DNA of 24,954 bases from a virus (lineage: Duplodnaviria; Heunggongvirae; Uroviricota; Caudoviricetes), in IMG/VR virus record IMGVR_UViG_2778261464_000013, one strand, 5' to 3'. The position numbers and the translations under genes are program-made. This document shows positions 8,658-16,633 of the stretch, piece by piece. Position 1 is the stretch's first letter, and every line of letters starts with the position of its first letter. The notes beneath the pieces are model-generated. The model was not told where the DNA came from and made no database searches. It saw nothing but the letters and a program-made list of their open reading frames with translations.

Positions 8658-9716
8658 TTACTCTCCGGTTTCTGCTGCGGCGGCGCTGAAATCGCCAATC
8701 TGGATGTTTTCCACCAGTGCGGCGCAGCGGTAGTCCTCAACCACATAGGCTTCGTTAACGGATTCAAAGTTTTCAATCCGGTCACGTTTCGGGTTGTCGA
8801 TAACTGAACGGCGGCGGGTGTCTTCCTGCCAGTAGATGGACAGGTTATCCAGACGGGTGATCAGCAGCGCATTCGGCGGGAAGAACGGCGCACGCACGGC
8901 CTGCAGGCCTCCCATGCGTTTCTGACTGATGATCATATCGGCAGCCAGTTTTTCACTGTTTTCCTGCTCTTTGTTGACCAGCGGGAAATACTTGTCAGAT
9001 AGCAGCTCACGACCGCAAATCACCACCAGATCGTCATCGTCCTGGTAGACCACGTCGATAAGCTCATTGACGGCATCCATCACCACGGCGTCCAGGTTGG
9101 CATATTCGCCACCTTTCCCGACTTTCACCGCGCCCGGTGTGGTTTCACCGCCCGTGGTGGTGCTGCCCATGACGTGATCCGGTGCATCCTCACGGATTTT
9201 CTGCAGCCAGCCTTTGTTCACATCCTGCAGCAGCGGGTTTTCGCTACGGTTGGAGGTTTTCGCACGCTTCACACCGTTAAAGCCGATCATGATGCGGTCC
9301 AGTGCCTGACGTTTCACGATGGCGTCACGGATACGCACCTGGAAATCCTGAAACTTCGCCCACAGGTCCAGCTTCGCGTAGGTCAGTACCGTGTCAAAGT
9401 TGGTCTGTTCGCATTTGTATTCCACATCGACCATCAGCGTCGGATCGACAGGTTCACGCTCTTTCGCGGTGGTGTCAGTGGTTCCGGCAATGGTGCTGCC
9501 AACACCCAGCCCCAGCAGCTGACCGGACTGCTCAGTCACTGGCGTGACGTTAATCAGCGTCAGGAAAGCGGCGGACTGCTGGATCTGGTCTTCCAGCGTC
9601 TGCTGCACAGACGGCTCCACGGTGAACTTGCTGGACAGTTCTTCAACTGCCACACCGTTCAGACGCGCCAGCTGCTGCAGGTAAGCGTTAAAAGCAAAGC
9701 GGGTATTCTTCTTCAT
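8658..9716 (-). CDS. N: Major capsid protein gpN
   Basis: 352 aa. Strong resemblance to the P2 gpN family (MKKNTRFAFNAYL...GFNGVKRA...LSIYWQED...). Confidence 0.9.
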   Translation of the reverse strand: MKKNTRFAFNAYLQQLARLNGVAVEELSSKFTVEPSVQQTLEDQIQQSAAFLTLINVTPVTEQSGQLLGLGVGSTIAGTTDTTAKEREPVDPTLMVDVEYKCEQTNFDTVLTYAKLDLWAKFQDFQVRIRDAIVKRQALDRIMIGFNGVKRAKTSNRSENPLLQDVNKGWLQKIREDAPDHVMGSTTTGGETTPGAVKVGKGGEYANLDAVVMDAVNELIDVVYQDDDDLVVICGRELLSDKYFPLVNKEQENSEKLAADMIISQKRMGGLQAVRAPFFPPNALLITRLDNLSIYWQEDTRRRSVIDNPKRDRIENFESVNEAYVVEDYRCAALVENIQIGDFSAAAAETGE

Positions 9717-9732
9717 CGGGTTTTGTGCTCCA

Positions 9733-10566
9733 TCAGCAATTGGTCAGAGTGTCAGCGGGGGCGTTACCGCCTGTTGCACGCTGGCGGTAGTCCTGGCGGC
9801 TGTCTTCATGACTCAGCTTGTCCACCAGTTCGTTAAAGGCGGTTTGCTGTGCCTGCAGGGCAGCCTCCAGCTCAGACAGGCGTTCTTCCTGCTCAGACAG
9901 GGATTTTTCGGTGCGTGCGCTCAGGTTCTGCTGCTCAGTGGCGACCAGCTCCACGGCCTTATGCACATCAGAGAACCGGGCGTCATCGGACTGCTCTTTT
10001 TTGGTAAACAGCGCCGTGACGCGGGCAAACAGGGACGGTTTGTCGTCCTGGATTTCTTCCAGTTCGATCACCGTTTCCTCTGCAGCGGTAAAGAGATTGG
10101 CAGGATTCTGCTTGCGGTTTGCCAGCGGGTTATGGGCTGCACTGGCGCTGAATGTCAGCATTTCCGTACCCAGACTGGCAGGGTCATCAGTGGCAGCCAG
10201 GCCGACCAGGTAGGCTTTGCCCGTATCAGCGAACTTCGGGCTGACTTCCATAGAGGTGAATAATTTCTGGCCTTTTTTCACCAGTTCCACCAGGGACTCC
10301 GTTGGCTCAACGTCGGCATACAGCGCCATCTTGCCTGCCAGCGGACCTTCCGTGATTTCTTCAGCAAACAGCGCCGTCACCTTGCCGTAGCGGTTAAAGG
10401 TGCTGTCCGGTAGATAAGACTTGATGTGCTCAAGGTTAATCAGCGCGGTATACACCGCCGGGTTGTAGCTGGCTGCCATCTGTTCCAGCCATTCACGCTG
10501 GATTTCGCGTCCGTCGGTGGTGGCACCTTCCACCCCGATGCGAAAACGCTTTGCTTTCACTGTCAT
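9733..10566 (-). CDS. O: Capsid scaffolding protein gpO
   Basis: 277 aa with a coiled-coil C-terminal half. ATG at 10566..10564. Divergent from gene P. Confidence 0.85.
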   Translation of the reverse strand: MTVKAKRFRIGVEGATTDGREIQREWLEQMAASYNPAVYTALINLEHIKSYLPDSTFNRYGKVTALFAEEITEGPLAGKMALYADVEPTESLVELVKKGQKLFTSMEVSPKFADTGKAYLVGLAATDDPASLGTEMLTFSASAAHNPLANRKQNPANLFTAAEETVIELEEIQDDKPSLFARVTALFTKKEQSDDARFSDVHKAVELVATEQQNLSARTEKSLSEQEERLSELEAALQAQQTAFNELVDKLSHEDSRQDYRQRATGGNAPADTLTNC

Positions 10567-10644
10567 GAGCCGTGCTCCGTTAGAAAAAACTTACTGGAGC
10601 CTTATGGTTGCGGTGATGGGGGCAGTGAAACAATGCGCGGTATT

Positions 10645-10662
10645 TGTACCGACAACCACACA
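10645..10662 (+). promoter_or_regulatory. TGT-N12-ACA dyad (tgtaccgacaaccacaca), candidate late-promoter activator site for the P-Q operon
   Basis: Located in the O/P divergent intergenic region, 46 nt upstream of the P start codon. This is the geometry expected for Ogr/B-activated late promoters of P2-like phages. Confidence 0.45.
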
Positions 10663-10708
10663 AACCGCAGGCGGGGAAAGCCTTCATTCAAGGCTGTAGG
10701 TTTGTGCC

Positions 10709-12475
10709 ATGAACACCACACTGACACCCGCAGATCTCGATCCCCGTCGGCAGGCCATGCTGCTGTACTTTCAGGGATACCGCGTAGCCCGCATTGCTGA
10801 AATGCTGGGCGAGAAAGTTGCAACCGTTCACAGCTGGAAAAAACGCGACAAGTGGGGTGACTATGGGCCGCTGGATCAGATGCAGCTCACCACCGCCGCA
10901 CGCTACTGCCAGCTCATTATGAAGGAGCACAAAGAAGGGAAAGACTTTAAAGAAATTGACCTGCTGGCGCGCCAGTCTGAGCGCCACGCGCGGATCGGCA
11001 AGTTTAACAATGGCGGCAACGAAGCCGACTTAAACCCTAACGTCGCCAACCGCAACAAAGGCCCGCGCCGTCAACCGGAAAAGAATGTCTTCACCGATGA
11101 ACAGATTGAGAAGCTGGAAGAAATCTTCCATTCCTCCATGTTCAACTACCAGCGCCACTGGTGGGAAGCCGGAAAAACCAATCGCATCCGTAATCTGCTG
11201 AAGTCTCGCCAGATCGGCGCGACCTTTTACTTTGCCCGTGAAGCCCTGATTGACGCCCTACTGACCGGGCGTAACCAGATTTTCCTTTCCGCCAGCAAGG
11301 CTCAGGCCCACGTCTTTAAGCAGTACATCATCGACTTCGCCAAAGAAGTGGAGGTGGAGCTGAAAGGCGATCCGATGGTGCTTCCTAACGGGGCCACGCT
11401 TTACTTCCTCGGCACCAATGCCCGCACGGCCCAGAGTTACCACGGCAACCTGTATCTGGATGAATATTTCTGGATACCGAAATTCCAGGAGCTGCGCAAA
11501 GTGGCTTCCGGTATGGCTATTCACAAAAAATGGCGACAAACCTATTTTTCCACGCCATCCAGCCTGACACACAGTGCTTATCCGTTCTGGTCCGGTGCGC
11601 TGTTCAACCGTGGGCGCAACAAAGCCGATAAGGTGGACATCGACCTGTCCCACAACAATCTGGCCCCCGGCCTGCTGTGCGCAGACGGGCAATACCGCCA
11701 GATAGTCACCGTGGAAGATGCGGTGCGCGGCGGCTGTAACCTGTTCGACCTTGACCAGTTGCGCATGGAGTACAGCCCGGACGAATACCAGAACCTGCTG
11801 ATGTGCGAGTTCGTGGACGATCTCGCGTCCGTGTTCCCGCTCAGCGAGCTGCAGGCGTGCATGGTGGACAGCTGGGAAGTCTGGACCGACTTTCATGCAC
11901 TGGCCCTGCGCCCGTTTGGCTGGCGCGAAGTATGGATCGGCTATGACCCGGCAAAAGGCACGCAGAACGGCGACAGCGCCGGATGCGTGGTGGTGGCACC
12001 GCCAGCCGTACCGGGCGGCAAATTCCGCATTCTTGAGCGGCACCAGTGGCGCGGGATGGACTTCCGCGCCCAGGCTGACGCCATCAAAAAACTGACACAG
12101 CAGTACAACGTGACCTATATCGGCATTGACTCGACCGGCGTCGGTCACGGGGTTTACGAGAACGTGAAAGCGTTTTTTCCAGCCGTCCGGGAGTTTGTCT
12201 ACAACCCCAACGTTAAAAACGCCCTGGTACTCAAGGCCTACGACATTATCAGTCACCGTCGTCTGGAGTTTGACGCCGGACACACCGACATAGCGCAGTC
12301 ATTTATGGCAATCCGTCGCGCCACCACCGCCAGCGGCAACCGCCCAACCTATGAAGCCAGCCGCAGCGAAGAAGCCAGCCATGCCGATCTGGCCTGGGCA
12401 ACAATGCACGCACTGTTTAACGAACCGCTGCAGGGCGAGTCCGCCAATACCAGCAATATTGTGGAGATTTTTTGA
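10709..12475 (+). CDS. P: Terminase ATPase/large subunit gpP
   Basis: 588 aa. N-terminus and overall sequence are typical of P2 gpP. Followed by Q with a 4-nt overlap. Confidence 0.9.
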   Translation: MNTTLTPADLDPRRQAMLLYFQGYRVARIAEMLGEKVATVHSWKKRDKWGDYGPLDQMQLTTAARYCQLIMKEHKEGKDFKEIDLLARQSERHARIGKFNNGGNEADLNPNVANRNKGPRRQPEKNVFTDEQIEKLEEIFHSSMFNYQRHWWEAGKTNRIRNLLKSRQIGATFYFAREALIDALLTGRNQIFLSASKAQAHVFKQYIIDFAKEVEVELKGDPMVLPNGATLYFLGTNARTAQSYHGNLYLDEYFWIPKFQELRKVASGMAIHKKWRQTYFSTPSSLTHSAYPFWSGALFNRGRNKADKVDIDLSHNNLAPGLLCADGQYRQIVTVEDAVRGGCNLFDLDQLRMEYSPDEYQNLLMCEFVDDLASVFPLSELQACMVDSWEVWTDFHALALRPFGWREVWIGYDPAKGTQNGDSAGCVVVAPPAVPGGKFRILERHQWRGMDFRAQADAIKKLTQQYNVTYIGIDSTGVGHGVYENVKAFFPAVREFVYNPNVKNALVLKAYDIISHRRLEFDAGHTDIAQSFMAIRRATTASGNRPTYEASRSEEASHADLAWATMHALFNEPLQGESANTSNIVEIF

Positions 12476-13509
12476 TGGGAAAGAGTAAGAAAAACCGCGC
12501 TGCGGCGACGAATCAGATCCTGCATAAAAACCAAACTTCAGCCGAAGCATTCAGCTTCGGTGATCCCGTTCCTGTTCTGGACCGCCGCGAATTACTGGAC
12601 TATGTGGAATGCGTACAGATGGACCGCTGGTATGAGCCACCAGTGAGTTTCGACGGGCTGGCGCGAACCTTTCGCGCCGCCGTGCACCACAGCTCACCGA
12701 TTGCCGTAAAGTGCAACATACTGACCAGCACCTACATCCCTCATCCGCTGCTCAGCCAGCAGGCTTTTTCACGTTTTGTGCAGGACTATCTGGTATTTGG
12801 TAACGCCTACCTGGAGAAACGCACGAACCGCTTCGGTGAAGTGATCGCCCTTGAACCTGCCCTGGCGAAATACACCCGACGCGGGTTAGACCTGGATACC
12901 TACTGGTTTTTGCAATACGGTATGACAACCCAGCCGTATCAGTTCACGAAAGGCAGCATTTTTCATCTGATGGAACCGGATATTAATCAGGAGATCTACG
13001 GCCTGCCCGGCTATCTTTCTGCCATCCCATCCGCTTTGCTCAACGAGTCCGCCACGCTGTTCCGCCGGAAGTATTACATTAACGGTAGTCATGCTGGCTT
13101 CATCATGTACATGACCGATGCCGCGCAGAACCAGGAGGATGTGAACAACCTCCGCAATGCGATGAAAAGCGCCAAAGGCCCTGGCAACTTCCGAAATCTG
13201 TTTATGTACTCGCCTAACGGCAAAAAGGACGGACTTCAGATCATCCCGTTGTCAGAAGTCGCAGCGAAGGATGAGTTTTTGAATATCAAAAATGTTAGTC
13301 GCGATGACATGATGGCGGCACACCGCGTGCCGCCGCAGATGATGGGGATTATGCCAAATAATGTCGGGGGATTTGGGGATGTGGAAAAGGCTAGTAAGGT
13401 TTTTGTCAGGAATGAGTTAATTCCGCTACAACACAGAATATCTGAAATTAACTCATGGATTGGACTTAATGAAGAACTGGTTAAATTTACCTCATATGAA
13501 TTAGATTAG
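12472..13509 (+). CDS. Q: Portal protein gpQ
   Basis: 345 aa, P2 gpQ-like. The last roughly 130 nt are visibly AT-rich compared with the rest of the gene. Confidence 0.9.
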   Translation: MMGKSKKNRAAATNQILHKNQTSAEAFSFGDPVPVLDRRELLDYVECVQMDRWYEPPVSFDGLARTFRAAVHHSSPIAVKCNILTSTYIPHPLLSQQAFSRFVQDYLVFGNAYLEKRTNRFGEVIALEPALAKYTRRGLDLDTYWFLQYGMTTQPYQFTKGSIFHLMEPDINQEIYGLPGYLSAIPSALLNESATLFRRKYYINGSHAGFIMYMTDAAQNQEDVNNLRNAMKSAKGPGNFRNLFMYSPNGKKDGLQIIPLSEVAAKDEFLNIKNVSRDDMMAAHRVPPQMMGIMPNNVGGFGDVEKASKVFVRNELIPLQHRISEINSWIGLNEELVKFTSYELD

Positions 13510-13521
13510 GCATATAGAAAT

Positions 13522-13551
13522 GCACCTAACATCGAAAGTGAGATTAGGTGC
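13522..13551 (-). terminator. Hairpin between the convergent Q gene and the 384-aa cargo gene (gcacctaa-N14-ttaggtgc)
   Basis: 8-bp inverted repeat with a 14-nt loop. On the minus strand it is followed by an AT-rich stretch (atttctatat). Weak as a terminator. Confidence 0.3.
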
Positions 13552-13560
13552 AAATAATAA

Positions 13561-14712
13561 TCAGCTTATTTGACCTAATAATTCTTCCGCATATTTTTTA
13601 TCACTATCCATCCGTTGCTGAACAGCATCCCTAAGATGCTCTTTCAACTTATCAGGATAATTTTTACATGCATCAATCAATTTTGTTCGTAAAAGCTTAG
13701 CACCATTTACAATGGTGGCATAAGCTAAAGCATCAGCTAACTCCTTAACTTTCACATCATCAGTAATGATAGAAGGGATTGAAAAAACGTAATATTTCGC
13801 AACATAATTTTGCGTATACCAACTATCATATAACAATCCAATTAAAGCATCACCAAGATCACCTCTTCTTTTAAATTTGCTACCAAATGTATTACCCCAT
13901 GTTCCTATAGCTCCTTTGGTCGCATCAGAATAGAAATCCAAATATCCTTTTTTGCACTCTTCGATGATTATATTTTCCATTCTAATTAAAACATCATCAG
14001 GAAGATTTCTCCATGCGCTCGGCTTAATTATTCTAAATACATTAGCAAACTCAACATTATTGCTAGCCTTGCGTAACTCATCACCTAGCAACCGCATTGC
14101 GGCTTTTTCTTCCTCTCCTGAAAAGCGTTGGTTTATTGCTTTGAATATAGAATCAATTTCCTTGGTTGGCCTTTCATTAAAGCGAGAAATTAAACTTTGG
14201 AAAAAATCTAGTAGTTTTTTTTCTGGAATTTGTGATATTAAAGCTTCTGCATAATCAGAATTATTTACAAAGTGAACCTCATAAATTCTTTCAAGAATTG
14301 CTGTGTAATCGAACTCAGCAACATCTCTTTTTAAATACTTAATAAAAGTATCCAACATGATCAATATTCTCATGCAGGAATCTTCTGTATCAGGGAAATT
14401 GTCATGTGTCCTTGGATTTCTTATACACTGATAGTAGCCTCTTAATAGTGCTTCAAATCCGCGCTGTTCGTCCTGCTCTGATACAGATTGAAGACTATTA
14501 ATTTGGATTCTAGGTGATTGTCCACCCAAAACAGTACCAACAAGCTGAGCCCCATCCCCTTCACATTGCCCTTTTTCACGCAGCAAAGTTGTTAGATATT
14601 TGGTTCCTGCAAGTATTGCATCCGAAAATTGGTTGTTTTCCAGCCTATTACCAATCGCTTCAACTAATTCCGCATCGAAATTATTTGTATTAAAGTTATT
14701 TTTTACAAACAT
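13561..14712 (-). CDS. Hypothetical cargo protein with an N-terminal HEPN-like R-x4-H motif (RNPRTH); candidate abortive-infection/defence protein
   Basis: 383 aa from ATG 14712..14710 (the track starts one codon earlier at a GTG). GGGGAG Shine-Dalgarno upstream. About 35% GC by hand count on the last 60 nt. The RNPRTH codons lie at 14421..14404. Confidence 0.55.
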   Translation of the reverse strand: MFVKNNFNTNNFDAELVEAIGNRLENNQFSDAILAGTKYLTTLLREKGQCEGDGAQLVGTVLGGQSPRIQINSLQSVSEQDEQRGFEALLRGYYQCIRNPRTHDNFPDTEDSCMRILIMLDTFIKYLKRDVAEFDYTAILERIYEVHFVNNSDYAEALISQIPEKKLLDFFQSLISRFNERPTKEIDSIFKAINQRFSGEEEKAAMRLLGDELRKASNNVEFANVFRIIKPSAWRNLPDDVLIRMENIIIEECKKGYLDFYSDATKGAIGTWGNTFGSKFKRRGDLGDALIGLLYDSWYTQNYVAKYYVFSIPSIITDDVKVKELADALAYATIVNGAKLLRTKLIDACKNYPDKLKEHLRDAVQQRMDSDKKYAEELLGQIS

Positions 14713-14794
14713 CACACTCCCCTTTTTTTGAAAGGGTATTGTATTGAACCTTGTTAAGATTTCTCAGATAAGTATCACACTATCTCGAGTTGCG

Positions 14795-14822
14795 CGCGCT
14801 CGTATCCCCGCCACGCCTGCCC
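14795..14822 (-). other. Candidate cos (cohesive end) region
   Basis: The minus strand reads GGCGTGGCGGGGATACGAGCGCGCGC. Its first 13 nt match the GC-rich cohesive-end sequence I recall for 186/P2 (GGCG[T/A]GGCGGGGAAAGCA...). It lies in the expected place, between the replication-side cargo and the portal gene. Recalled from memory and not verified. Confidence 0.3.
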
Positions 14823-14858
14823 GCTTTTTGTAGCGATTTTCATGCAGGTGCATGACAT

Positions 14859-14886
14859 AAGCAAAAGCCCACCAGAACTGGCGGGC
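14859..14886 (-). terminator. Rho-independent terminator downstream of the 260-aa membrane-protein gene
   Basis: On the minus strand: GCCCGCC-agttct-GGTGGGC (7-bp GC-rich stem with one G-U pair) followed by TTTTGCTT. It starts about 50 nt after the stop at 14935. Confidence 0.6.
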
Positions 14887-14934
14887 CTCAGCAAAAACGA
14901 TCCTCAAACGATCATGCATATTCATGCGGCATAG

Positions 14935-15717
14935 TCATGCAGTGACTTTGGTCTGGTCAGGCGTAGAAAAATCTTCGAAAGATTTATAAGTTTCAGTATC
15001 AAATATTGAAATACTCTCAACCTGATCCATTGGGATTACATGCCTAAAATGATTTAAGTTCAGTGGAGTTGAGTCTGCTGTAATATTTTTACTAAGGTAA
15101 AGTTCATAGTAACGATGCTGCTCATGGTATCTGAGCGTATCTTTATCACGATAACCACTGATGTATGGTATGAGAGCCAGATGCTGAGTTTCCTGATGCT
15201 CCATCCGAGGAGCAGCTACGTAACCAATGTAAACTTTTCTGGATTTTAGCGTAACAAAGATGAGCTTACCTTCATCTATAGCCTGAACTAACAGTGACTC
15301 AATTCCATCTTGAGCTGCCATCTCGCGATATGCAGATTGACGAATCTCTTCGTTTTCTATTGCTCTTCGCGCATTGTTACCTTGGTCATAAGCAATAAAC
15401 ACCGCAAGCAGCATAGACAACACAAAGAACAATGGGTAAGACATTATCTTTACGTCTGTGAGCCATGAATAAAAGTCCACATGTAACTTAGGCCAAAAAT
15501 AACCAAAAAAATTGATAACTGAGCTTATAACTAGCAAGGTAACGAATGTAACAGCCATCAGAGTAAACCCCTGAATAGCAAACTTACAACCATGCATAGC
15601 TACATAAAAATAGGAATTCCAACCATTACTTCTTGCTTGCCTGATGCGGGACTGGTAATGATTTTCGGTGTACCAGAACCCGCAAACCAGGACGACCATG
15701 ATAACTAAGGGTCCCAT
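14935..15717 (-). CDS. Hypothetical membrane protein: about 3 N-terminal TM helices and a soluble C-terminal domain of roughly 140 aa; candidate defence effector
   Basis: 260 aa. ATG at 15717..15715 sits 3 nt after the stop of the upstream 66-aa ORF, with AAGGA/GAGGA upstream. The flanking region is AT-rich by eye. Hydrophobic segments at roughly aa 3-15, 50-74 and 92-110. Confidence 0.55.
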   Translation of the reverse strand: MGPLVIMVVLVCGFWYTENHYQSRIRQARSNGWNSYFYVAMHGCKFAIQGFTLMAVTFVTLLVISSVINFFGYFWPKLHVDFYSWLTDVKIMSYPLFFVLSMLLAVFIAYDQGNNARRAIENEEIRQSAYREMAAQDGIESLLVQAIDEGKLIFVTLKSRKVYIGYVAAPRMEHQETQHLALIPYISGYRDKDTLRYHEQHRYYELYLSKNITADSTPLNLNHFRHVIPMDQVESISIFDTETYKSFEDFSTPDQTKVTA

Positions 15718-15720
15718 TCC

Positions 15721-15921
15721 TCATCCTTGTCGTTTTGCAGCCAATTCTTCCATTCTGGCACGCATTGATTCACGTACCTGCTTATTGTTCATGTTTAAGG
15801 TCGCCGCACCATTAGCATCTGTGATAATTTTACTATTATCAGACTGTTGCACATCCTGACGGATGACATCCTGCATAATCTTACCTGGTGCAGAGAGAAC
15901 TTTGCGCAGAAGTTCAGACAT
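15721..15921 (-). CDS. Small hypothetical protein (66 aa), translationally coupled to the downstream membrane-protein gene
   Basis: ATG at 15921..15919 is preceded by GGAGGA (4-nt spacer). The track ORF extends upstream to 15996 but has no Shine-Dalgarno there. Confidence 0.45.
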   Translation of the reverse strand: MSELLRKVLSAPGKIMQDVIRQDVQQSDNSKIITDANGAATLNMNNKQVRESMRARMEELAAKRQG

Positions 15922-15981
15922 ATTTTCCTCCTTATGCCTCAAACGCCACGGATTGTGGTGCATGGAAGCTGTCATCTTATG

Positions 15982-15987
15982 ATTATA
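15982..15987 (-). promoter_or_regulatory. Perfect -10 hexamer TATAAT (minus strand) upstream of the 66-aa/260-aa gene pair; candidate promoter
   Basis: The minus strand reads ...gttgtccTATAATcat..., about 55 nt upstream of the ATG at 15921. No good -35 element. Confidence 0.3.
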
Positions 15988-16099
15988 GGACAACAAAAAT
16001 ACGAAACTATTCGAAGAGTGCTACGTATTAACCTATTTACATATCACCCTGCAACCAATTTATCCATAACTAACGCCTCGCACGGCTCGTTGCTCAACC

Positions 16100-16134
16100 T
16101 TGCGAACGGTAAAAACCAGTTTTATCGTCCGCAA
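16100..16134 (-). other. Long near-perfect inverted repeat (15-bp arms, 5-nt loop) immediately downstream of the DinI-like gene
   Basis: ttgcgaacggtaaaa-accag-ttttatcgtccgcaa; 14 of 15 positions pair. No U-tract follows on either strand. Confidence 0.4.
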
Positions 16135-16140
16135 CGTTCC

Positions 16141-16374
16141 CTAATGTAACCAGCTGTCGTCTTCCCACACCTTCTGCATAATTTTCATCACTTGCTTCCT
16201 TTCTTCGTCCAGTTGCAGTCCGGTCAGTTCCACACCGTTAGAGCTACCTTTGCGGATACGAATTACCGTTTTGGGATACAGGGGGCGCAGATTGCGGTAA
16301 AGCTCGGATTCAAGGGCGTCCAGTGTAGACTGGCTAATCTTCTGCTCTTTATCGATCATTATTTCAATGCGCAT
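16141..16374 (-). CDS. DinI-family protein (DinI/Tum C-terminal domain-like)
   Basis: 77 aa from ATG 16374..16372 (MRIEIMIDK...LDALESEL...WEDDSW), which aligns well to E. coli DinI as I recall it. GAGGTGA Shine-Dalgarno. The track ORF extends upstream to 16446. Confidence 0.7.
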   Translation of the reverse strand: MRIEIMIDKEQKISQSTLDALESELYRNLRPLYPKTVIRIRKGSSNGVELTGLQLDEERKQVMKIMQKVWEDDSWLH

Positions 16375-16384
16375 AAAAGTCACC

Positions 16385-16573
16385 TCAGCTGATGACATCC
16401 ATTGAGCGGTTGTATTCGTGGGTTCTGATTTTTGCCATGAGTTCATCTGTTAGTTCAGAAACCCACTGCAAAGCCAGCCCCTTCTCTTCATCACTACACT
16501 CACTAGCCGCTACAAGCTTAAGAAAAAAATCAATGCGCTGGAGCTTCAAAGACTCCAAAAAATAGTCCTGCAT
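16385..16573 (-). CDS. Small hypothetical ORF (62 aa), first gene of the putative LexA-controlled operon; possible N-terminal part of a split Tum-like antirepressor
   Basis: Lies directly downstream of the LexA box. It overlaps the 5' extension of the DinI-like ORF in another reading frame. Confidence 0.35.
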   Translation of the reverse strand: MQDYFLESLKLQRIDFFLKLVAASECSDEEKGLALQWVSELTDELMAKIRTHEYNRSMDVIS

Positions 16574-16613
16574 CTTTCCTCCTATGACACCAAAGCAATA
16601 CTGTATACATAAC

Positions 16614-16633
16614 CACTGTTTATATTTACAGTA
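16614..16633 (-). promoter_or_regulatory. LexA (SOS) box caCTGTttatatttACAGta
   Basis: CTGT-N8-ACAG with an AT-rich spacer, against the consensus taCTGTatatatatACAGta. It lies about 40 nt upstream of the small ORF/DinI-like operon. An overlapping partial half-site (tactgtatacataaccac) is at 16599..16616. Confidence 0.7.

Noticed and set aside
10669-10681. Second cos-like motif AGGCGGGGAAAGC in the leader of gene P
   Set aside because: It matches 13 nt of the recalled P2 cohesive-end sequence, but it lies between O and P, where P2-family phages do not have cos. It is more likely a chance or promoter-associated GC-rich element, and I cannot exclude that my recollection of the cos sequence is imperfect.
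11258-12283. 341-aa minus-strand ORF inside the terminase gene P
   Set aside because: Antisense to a strongly supported conserved gene. No ribosome-binding site was found, and long antisense frames of this kind arise readily in GC-rich coding sequence.
15922-15996. Upstream extension of the 66-aa ORF (track: 91 aa)
   Set aside because: There is no Shine-Dalgarno at the upstream ATG, and a perfect TATAAT -10 element lies inside the extension. The downstream ATG at 15921 has a strong GGAGGA.
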